A stretch of 64,000 nt of DNA from contig JAGWOD010000001.1 in the NCBI GenBank assembly GCA_028871115.1, positions 4,736 to 68,735 on the forward strand. Direction: 5' to 3'. Source of the DNA: Patescibacteria group bacterium (GTDB lineage: Bacteria; Patescibacteriota; Minisyncoccia; Phycocordibacterales; SBAW01). Below, one piece after another: positions 58,409 to 64,000 of this stretch. The notes beneath the pieces are model-generated. The model was not told where the DNA came from and searched no databases. It saw only the letters and a list, made by a program, of their open reading frames with translations. The translations under genes and the position numbers were made by a program. Every line of letters starts with the position of its first letter. Position 1 is the first letter of the stretch.

Positions 58409-59104
58409 TTAGGATCCCGAGGGGATTTTGTTGTTGAAGAATAGAGCGCGTTCTTTTGGGAACAGCCACAGGGCCATGGCGTACACGCTGTAGGAGATGA
58501 AAAAGGCTGAAAGCACATCTATCGTGTAGTGGAGATGACCAAGAAGGACCACCACTCCGAGAATCACTGAAGCAGCCAGGAAGATATAGCGCAGGAGTCT
58601 ATCATGCCAATAGATAAGGGCCATCATGAAGGGGAGGGTAGTGTGTCCTGAGAAGAATTGATCGCCTCCTCCGAAGAACGCGAGCAGTATCTTGCTATGC
58701 ACATCTATTATGACGTGATCAGGGTAGGGCCCAATGTGTGTGAGCGACACAAAAATGGCGCGGACGAAGAATACCAAGCTTAGTGTATAGAGTGTGAAGG
58801 GTGCTCGTTTGGGATGAAGGATACATAGAATAGCGATAAGTAAGACTACTGCAAGCGCCCCGTATACAAAAATATCCTCCACTCCCGTAACGACGGGCAC
58901 ATTGGAGAGAATGATGTCGGTCACTGAGCTGCTTGCTTTCTCGGTCGCATACAGATCGCTGAAGGCGTTGGCGGCAGCGCTCAAGGCAATTGCCACTAGT
59001 GAAAGAAGAATAGAAAAAAATATCTCCCTGTTGGACCAGATTTCTTTGTGACGCTGCCATGCGCGGCTCGACCATCCTTCAGGTACTATAGTCTCCTCCT
59101 GCAT
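58409..59104 (-). CDS. PAP2-superfamily integral membrane phosphatase/transferase
   Basis: FSGHTT and GHLHYTIDV motifs (PAP2 motifs 2 and 3), multiple TM helices. Confidence 0.55.
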   Translation of the reverse strand: MQEETIVPEGWSSRAWQRHKEIWSNREIFFSILLSLVAIALSAAANAFSDLYATEKASSSVTDIILSNVPVVTGVEDIFVYGALAVVLLIAILCILHPKRAPFTLYTLSLVFFVRAIFVSLTHIGPYPDHVIIDVHSKILLAFFGGGDQFFSGHTTLPFMMALIYWHDRLLRYIFLAASVILGVVVLLGHLHYTIDVLSAFFISYSVYAMALWLFPKERALFFNNKIPSGS

Positions 59105-59129
59105 CTTTGTGAGTATACTACCTCCTCTC

Positions 59130-60353
59130 TCACCCTCGCTTCATTGCCCGCATGAGGATGCTCGCTCCTAGGAATACGAGCAAGAGTCCGAGAGCGTAGA
59201 GATAGAGTCCTCCTGAGAGGATGTTTTTCTCCTGCGTGAAAAAGAAGGTTAGAGAAATAAGAAGGGTGCCTGCTAGCATACGCCAGACCCACAACGACGC
59301 GTCCCGAAAAATCATCGTCGCATAAAAATCCTTTCCGCTTCTTCCCATAGATTCCATGGTATAGAGATCAGTTACGTGAATTGATACGCGCACTACCGGC
59401 CAAGACACTGCTCCCGCAAATCCGTAGAGTATGACTCCGGGAGCACTCAGTAGCGAAGCGAATAGTGCACTCGAGACGGCAAGAAAGGATGTTGATATCC
59501 CAAGAATTTTCAAACGATTCTCCACGGTCCGATATTGTGCGAGCGCAAGAATAAATAGTGCGGAGAACACAGCGAAGGATGTTGCATACAAGCCCACCTG
59601 AATTACTCCTCCGAGAAGAAAGAGGACCACAAGGGGAATGGTGACGGTCGAGACTACCTCCTGCCAGGCAGTTGCGAGGAGGTAAGGCTGTGCAGAGCGA
59701 TTTTTTCGCTCGGTGAGGAAATGTGAGAAATCATGCCATTCAATGGGCGTAGGCCGGTAATTGTTGAGACCTGAGAAACAGAAAAAACCGAACAAGTAGA
59801 AGAGGGGAGTAATAATGAAAAGGAGCGTGAATTGTCCGATATTGAATACCTGCCCGGAAAGCCATAGAAGGAGTGTTGCAAGCGCTGGCCCTAAAATTGC
59901 GACAATGACGGTGCCGGCAGTAAGCAAGGAAGAGTAAAAATCTCGCTCCTCGTTGCGCGTCTCTGATAGTTCGAAAGTGTGAATAGTGAGCCAGAAGAGG
60001 CCGTTACCAAGGCCGTTGACTCCCATGGCGAGATAGGCAAGCGCGGGGGTGTCGCTTTTGAGGAGTACCAAGAGCGTAACCCCCATCAATATGAAGCTCC
60101 AGAAAAATCCGTATTTTATATTGAGCTGCCATCGGGAAGCAAAAAATCCGAGTATACAGAAGGTTACTGCGATTCCCGTGTCGAAGATAAGCGTCGCGAG
60201 AACGTTAAGAGCGAAACTTGAGAACTCCTGATACAAAAAAAGCTGAATAAACACGCTCGTGAGACTTGTCGTGAGGCTGTAAATCCAGAAGAGAAACACG
60301 AGGGAACGTACCGGCAGGCGCAAGCCCCTGAATTGCCTGAATATCTGAGACAT
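59130..60353 (-). CDS. MFS transporter (12 TM)
   Basis: Hydropathy pattern and MFS-like loop motifs. Its start codon overlaps the divergent GT2 start (CATG). Confidence 0.7.
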   Translation of the reverse strand: MSQIFRQFRGLRLPVRSLVFLFWIYSLTTSLTSVFIQLFLYQEFSSFALNVLATLIFDTGIAVTFCILGFFASRWQLNIKYGFFWSFILMGVTLLVLLKSDTPALAYLAMGVNGLGNGLFWLTIHTFELSETRNEERDFYSSLLTAGTVIVAILGPALATLLLWLSGQVFNIGQFTLLFIITPLFYLFGFFCFSGLNNYRPTPIEWHDFSHFLTERKNRSAQPYLLATAWQEVVSTVTIPLVVLFLLGGVIQVGLYATSFAVFSALFILALAQYRTVENRLKILGISTSFLAVSSALFASLLSAPGVILYGFAGAVSWPVVRVSIHVTDLYTMESMGRSGKDFYATMIFRDASLWVWRMLAGTLLISLTFFFTQEKNILSGGLYLYALGLLLVFLGASILMRAMKRG

Positions 60354-61173
60354 GTCATCATTTTACACCGTGAAAGTAAGTATTGTAGTGCCTGCATATA
60401 ACGAAGAGGAGGTACTCGGACCTTGCCTCCAAACCATACGCCATTCGATTGCCGAGGCTTCCCTTGAAGAGAATGACTACGAGATCATCGTCGTAAACAA
60501 CGTTTCGACGGACCGAACCAGGGAGATTGCGAGCGCCACCCCAGGAGTTCGAGTAGTTGATGAGCCTCGCAAGGGACTTACCCGAGCTAAAGAAGCGGGA
60601 TTTAGGGCTGCCCGGGGTGAGCTCATAGCGCATCCCGACGCGGACACTCTCATGCCACCGCATTGGCTATCGTTTGCGCTCTCGGAATTTGAGCGCAGTC
60701 CTCATCTTGTGGCCCTCAGCGGTCCGTACATTTACTACGATGCTACAGGCCTTTCGCGCCTCGTTACTCGCATCTGGCTCACCATGGGGTTTCTTTTTCA
60801 TCTTGTTATACGGGACATTCTTCACAAAGGAGCGATGGTGCAGGGAGGGAACTATATTGCGCGTCGCTCGGCTCTCGAGGCAATTCAAGGATACGATACG
60901 TCTATAGAATTTTATGGCGAGGATTTCGATATCGCGACCCGTCTCCTTAGAGTAGGGAAAGTCAAATGGACCTGGAAGTTCTATATGTATTCCTCAAGCC
61001 GGCGCCTAGCGGCTGAAGGAAGTATTATCACTGGGCTGCGCTATGGAGCGAATAATATTGCTTCAGTTTTTCTCAGGCGTCCTTTGATGCAAACTTATAC
61101 TGATATCCGACCAAAATTGAAGGCTCGTGCCCAGGAGGCGGCAGACACGTTGATAAGAACAGGACGTTTATAG
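60352..61173 (+). CDS. Family 2 glycosyltransferase (soluble/monotopic type)
   Basis: VSIVVPAYNEE...VVNNVSTD...HPDADT... Confidence 0.8.
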   Translation: MSSFYTVKVSIVVPAYNEEEVLGPCLQTIRHSIAEASLEENDYEIIVVNNVSTDRTREIASATPGVRVVDEPRKGLTRAKEAGFRAARGELIAHPDADTLMPPHWLSFALSEFERSPHLVALSGPYIYYDATGLSRLVTRIWLTMGFLFHLVIRDILHKGAMVQGGNYIARRSALEAIQGYDTSIEFYGEDFDIATRLLRVGKVKWTWKFYMYSSSRRLAAEGSIITGLRYGANNIASVFLRRPLMQTYTDIRPKLKARAQEAADTLIRTGRL

Positions 61174-61208
61174 CGCCGAGCTCTCAAGCGCGTGGGATCT
61201 GAGGGATA

Positions 61209-61236
61209 TTGACAAATATCTATATTTATGTATAAT
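61209..61236 (+). promoter_or_regulatory. Consensus sigma70 promoter (TTGACA-N16-TATAAT, with TG immediately upstream of the -10)
   Basis: ttgaca at 61209-61214 and tataat at 61231-61236. AAGGAG SD at 61294-61299 and ATG at 61305. Confidence 0.6.
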
Positions 61237-61304
61237 TACCCCCAGAAAAAGCCTTAGAATGAGGAAAAGAACGGGGGACTCCACCCTTAACCCAAGGAGT
61301 CCTC

Positions 61305-62039
61305 ATGCGTTTGTTCAAACATAAGGAAGACGCTTCCAAGCAAAAGCCTCGTCGAATCTTCAAGCTCTCCCGCATCGTGTTGTTGCTCCTCGGCGCCACG
61401 CTCATCATTCAGCATTACTACCTGTCGGCTGAAATGGGTCAGGCGCTCGAGAGCCAGTCACTTAAGGAGGCTATACGAGAGTGTGTGGGGCCAGTGCTTG
61501 CCGGTGAGGCGGGCATTGTTGGTCCCAAGGGCATGGCGCTTGTCGGCAAGACTATCGAGAACCGTGCGGCGCTGCTCAAAGGCGACCTGTTTGCTCGCCT
61601 CTGTCAGGCAGCAAAGGGCGTCCATATGGCGCGTGGCAAGGGGCCTATGCCCGACTACTCAAGCTGGCTCGGACATTCGATCCAGTATGAGCGAGGCGGA
61701 CAGCGTCTCTTGGCCCAGGCCGAGGACGTTGCTGGGAAGGTGTTTAGTGGCGAGTGGGATTTCGGGAACATCAATACTGAGCATCTCACTCATTACAACA
61801 CCTTTACCCCTGCTTCACCACAATGGTGGAGCTTCATGCGGGGCAATCGGGGCATCGATTGCAAGAGTGTCCAAATGCTGCACACGAAGAGTGGAGGTAT
61901 AAGTTTCTTCACCCTTTGTTACAGCGGTTCCACTCCGCACGCCTCTCTGAGATTCTCGCAGACTACCTCCAAGGTGGGGCAGCAGCGAGTGCCACCTCCG
62001 CCACCTCGGAAGCCTCTCTACCATATTGCCAATCGGTAA
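61305..62039 (+). CDS. Hypothetical membrane-anchored protein (GC-rich compositional outlier)
   Basis: Strong promoter, SD and terminator. There is an N-terminal TM (IVLLLLGATLIIQHYYL). Codon style is GC3-rich, unlike the neighbouring genes. Confidence 0.5.
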   Translation: MRLFKHKEDASKQKPRRIFKLSRIVLLLLGATLIIQHYYLSAEMGQALESQSLKEAIRECVGPVLAGEAGIVGPKGMALVGKTIENRAALLKGDLFARLCQAAKGVHMARGKGPMPDYSSWLGHSIQYERGGQRLLAQAEDVAGKVFSGEWDFGNINTEHLTHYNTFTPASPQWWSFMRGNRGIDCKSVQMLHTKSGGISFFTLCYSGSTPHASLRFSQTTSKVGQQRVPPPPPRKPLYHIANR

Positions 62040-62063
62040 CGAAAGTTCTTCGATCTACTCCAG

Positions 62064-62096
62064 AGCCCGCCGCATCCTTGTGGCGGGCTCTTTTCT
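62064..62096 (+). terminator. Rho-independent terminator, with a second hairpin at 62124-62150 that may serve the convergent minus-strand gene
   Basis: GAGCCCGCCGCA-TCCT-TGTGGCGGGCTC followed by TTTTC. Downstream there is also GGCCACCC-TTAAAAA-GGGTGGCC. Confidence 0.6.
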
Positions 62097-62158
62097 ATGT
62101 AGAGTATGGAGCTCTCTAAAGAGCAGAGGCCACCCTTAAAAAGGGTGGCCGATAGGTT

Positions 62159-62382
62159 TTAGAGCCCAATTTTTTGACCGGATTCTTGTGAATCGCGGAA
62201 AAATGGGGCTTCCCACTTCATAGCGGGGTCGATGCTCAGATAGGGAGACTGAGCTGTGGAAAGAGGCTCAGCCTCAAGGGCTTCTTTGCCAAGCCATTCG
62301 GGATGATAGGTTGTAACCCCTGTTTTCACCCCAATGAGGCAAAGGATCGCAAGTAGAACGTATGCAAACGTAAAGTCTTTCA
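62159..62382 (-). CDS. Hypothetical small secreted protein (~74 aa)
   Basis: Internal Met followed by a signal-peptide-like segment (MKDFTFAYVLLAILCLIGV). The ORF-track start is 62491. Confidence 0.35.
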
Positions 62383-62494
62383 TCTCATCTCTCCCCTGAG
62401 ATGATAGTTGGAACGGACTTCTAGTTCGGAGCATAGCGCGCTGTCTGCAAAAAGTCATCAGCACACTTGCCTCAGGTGTGCATAAGCGCAAAAA

Positions 62495-62884
62495 TTATTT
62501 TTTCTTCTTTATGCTCTTCTTTGTGGGCTCTTCAAAGCACATTGCTTCGATGTTGTGCCCGTCGGGATCGAAGACAAACGCGGCGTAGTAATCAGGGCTG
62601 TAATCCGGACGCGGTCCCGGCGCACCATTGTCCGTGCCGCCCGCGGCGAGCGCCGCACTGTGAAAATCCTTGACTGCCTTCGCGTTTTTTCCTCGAAACG
62701 CGAGGTGTGTGGGCTCCACACGCTCTTTTTTGACTATCCAAAAGCTTGTATGGCCGCCTTCCTTGAAGCCTCCCGCTGTCCCGTACTCCACGGAGAGGGT
62801 ATACCCGAGAGGTTTGAGGGCCTTTGTATAGAACTCTTTTGAACGGGCGTAGTCCTTAACGTGCAGAGAGAAATGATCCATCAT
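62495..62884 (-). CDS. VOC-family (glyoxalase / bleomycin-resistance fold) protein
   Basis: MMDHFSLHVKDYARSKEFY...GHNIEAM pattern of the glyoxalase-like fold. Confidence 0.7.
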   Translation of the reverse strand: MMDHFSLHVKDYARSKEFYTKALKPLGYTLSVEYGTAGGFKEGGHTSFWIVKKERVEPTHLAFRGKNAKAVKDFHSAALAAGGTDNGAPGPRPDYSPDYYAAFVFDPDGHNIEAMCFEEPTKKSIKKKK

Positions 62885-63006
62885 ACGCGTGTTGTGTTAC
62901 CCAATAAGCTCTCAGTATAGGCCTATAACCGCTGTATCTGGGGTGAAGGGAGGAAGAACCTCTTTATGGGTGTACAATAGTGGTATTAGCCTTTAATTAT
63001 CATTCC

Positions 63007-63159
63007 ATGGCAGCAGAAGTAGCTTATTGTGTGAAGTGCAAGGAGAAGCGCGATATGAAGGATCCCAAGGAGATAGTCATGAAAAGCGGCATGAAAGCAA
63101 TGCAGGGAACCTGCAGCGTCTGCGGGACCAAGATGTTTAAAATCCTCGGCAAGAAGTAA
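63007..63159 (+). CDS. DUF5679-like zinc-ribbon mini-protein (50 aa), not in the supplied ORF track
   Basis: MAAEVAYCVKCKEKRDMKDPKEIVMKSGMKAMQGTCSVCGTKMFKILGKK contains CxxC...CxxC with ~25-aa spacing and is Lys-rich. It is followed by a strong hairpin terminator. Confidence 0.55.
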   Translation: MAAEVAYCVKCKEKRDMKDPKEIVMKSGMKAMQGTCSVCGTKMFKILGKK

Positions 63160-63177
63160 CCGCCGCCTCTTCTCTCC

Positions 63178-63215
63178 TCACACCGCGCCCTTCTCTGGGG
63201 CGCGGTGTTTCGTTT
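63178..63215. terminator. Bidirectional Rho-independent terminator between the zinc-ribbon ORF (+) and the Nramp gene (-)
   Basis: CACCGCGCCC-TTCTCT-GGGGCGCGGTG followed by TTTCGTTTT. Confidence 0.6.
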
Positions 63216-64000
63216 TATGAGGGCAGGGAAGTGATAAGAAGGGCGAGTGCCGAGAGCCCCATGAATGCGAAGGTAATCCAGACCAATGTCTTTGAGAGGA
63301 GGCCGCTTTTGAATTCGCCCATGACCTCACTATTTTGTGCGAGGCGCCCGATGATATAGATGAGTGGCACAGCGATGATGCCGTTGATGACGGCCGTGAT
63401 GACAAGTGCGCGTATAGGATCGATGCCAATAAAATTGATAAGAAGCCCCAGTAGTGTTGCGACTGTGATAATGCCGTAGAACCCGTGAGCCCGCCGGAGC
63501 TTGAGATTGAGCCCCTCTCGCCAATTCAGTGTCTCGGCGACAACATAGGATGCCGATGCTGAAAGAACAGGAACGGCGAGGAGCCCTAGGCCAATAATAC
63601 CGATCGCGAAGAAGAACTTCGCGATAGTCCCCGCATAGGGAAAGGTATGCACCAAGGGCTCAAGTGCGCGCGCTGCGTCTGCCGAGGTGGCGACGTTGGT
63701 AATGCCGTTGCCATTGAGAACGGTCGCCGCAACGACAATGATAGACCACGTCGCTATCTGGGAGGAAAGCATCCCGATGAAATTATCGATCCGCATTCGT
63801 CTGAGGTAGCGGGGAGAAGGGGCCGGGACACCTCCGTGGATCATGCGGCGCTCGCGCTCTTCCTCGACTTCCTGGGAAGCTTCCCAGAAGAACATATAGG
63901 GAGAGATGGTGGTTCCGATAACCCCTGTGAGTATAAAGAGGAATGCAGTATTGAATTCAATGTGCGGCACGAATGTGGCTAAGAGTATGCTCCGCCAAGG
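63215..64000 (-). CDS. mntH: Nramp-family divalent metal cation transporter (3' portion; the gene continues beyond the window end)
   Basis: C-terminal TM helices characteristic of Nramp/MntH. The frame stays open upstream of the GTG at 63970 through nt 64000. Confidence 0.75.
   Translation of the reverse strand, partial: PWRSILLATFVPHIEFNTAFLFILTGVIGTTISPYMFFWEASQEVEEERERRMIHGGVPAPSPRYLRRMRIDNFIGMLSSQIATWSIIVVAATVLNGNGITNVATSADAARALEPLVHTFPYAGTIAKFFFAIGIIGLGLLAVPVLSASASYVVAETLNWREGLNLKLRRAHGFYGIITVATLLGLLINFIGIDPIRALVITAVINGIIAVPLIYIIGRLAQNSEVMGEFKSGLLSKTLVWITFAFMGLSALALLITSLPS

Noticed and set aside
63178-63429. 83-aa minus-strand ORF
   Set aside because: It lies in another frame inside the Nramp gene and includes the terminator hairpin. 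It is a shadow ORF.
200-64000. Numerous 60-150-aa ORFs on the opposite strand or in alternate frames of large genes (for example inside rpoBC, dnaE, nrdA, gyrB)
   Set aside because: They are embedded in well-supported conserved genes and lack start signals. They are typical shadow ORFs of moderate-GC DNA.
1-64000. CRISPR arrays, transposases, integrases or IS inverted repeats
   Set aside because: No direct-repeat/spacer periodicity was seen. No product resembles a transposase, integrase or Cas protein. The GC-rich islands lack recognisable terminal repeats.

Overview
This 64-kb window appears to be a compact, gene-dense bacterial chromosome segment of roughly 50% GC. The gene content fits a reduced-genome Patescibacteria/CPR-like organism; this is an inference from the features below. 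Several core proteins are unusually short: SMC is about 747 aa, ThrRS is 415 aa and lacks the N-terminal editing domains, PheS is 254 aa and PheT is 597 aa. rimM is absent between the KH-domain gene and trmD, and a DUF5679 zinc-ribbon mini-ORF is present.

Most of the window is housekeeping genes: fba (5' partial), rplY, rpmE, prfA, rpsB, tsf, tRNA-Thr(UGU), pheST, gyrB, thrS, dnaE, rnhB, rpmF, rnc, smc, rnr, rpsP, trmD, dnaG-rpoD, hisS, truB, nrdAB and an Nramp transporter (5' partial at the window end).

Notable points:
- An in-frame fusion of rpoB and rpoC into a single 2280-aa ORF behind a near-consensus promoter and a ~200-nt leader.
- A NusB-Nudix fusion protein.
- A cell-surface accessory locus at 12979-17601. 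It holds a CARDB-domain protein, a sortase, a GC-rich compositional island with two secreted or membrane Cys-containing proteins, and a repeat-bearing surface protein with a non-canonical VPYTG plus TM plus basic tail.
- A minus-strand operon at 53506-58338 with a cupin-type phosphomannose isomerase, three GH130 phosphorylase modules (one membrane-anchored, two fused in tandem), a eukaryotic-type PMM-like HAD-IIB enzyme and a Gmad2 protein. I read this as a candidate GDP-mannose-independent, phosphorylase-driven beta-mannoside synthesis and turnover system.
- Adjacent PAP2, MFS and GT2 genes, a second GC-rich island at 61209-62100, and a divergent ATP-grasp (cyanophycin-synthetase-N-like) / PD-(D/E)XK nuclease pair.
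- A recurrent extended -10 motif (TTGCTATAGT-like) 7-12 nt upstream of several start codons, which suggests leaderless or short-leader mRNAs. The two GC-rich islands instead carry strong AAGGAGG Shine-Dalgarno sites.

No CRISPR array, transposase or integrase was seen.
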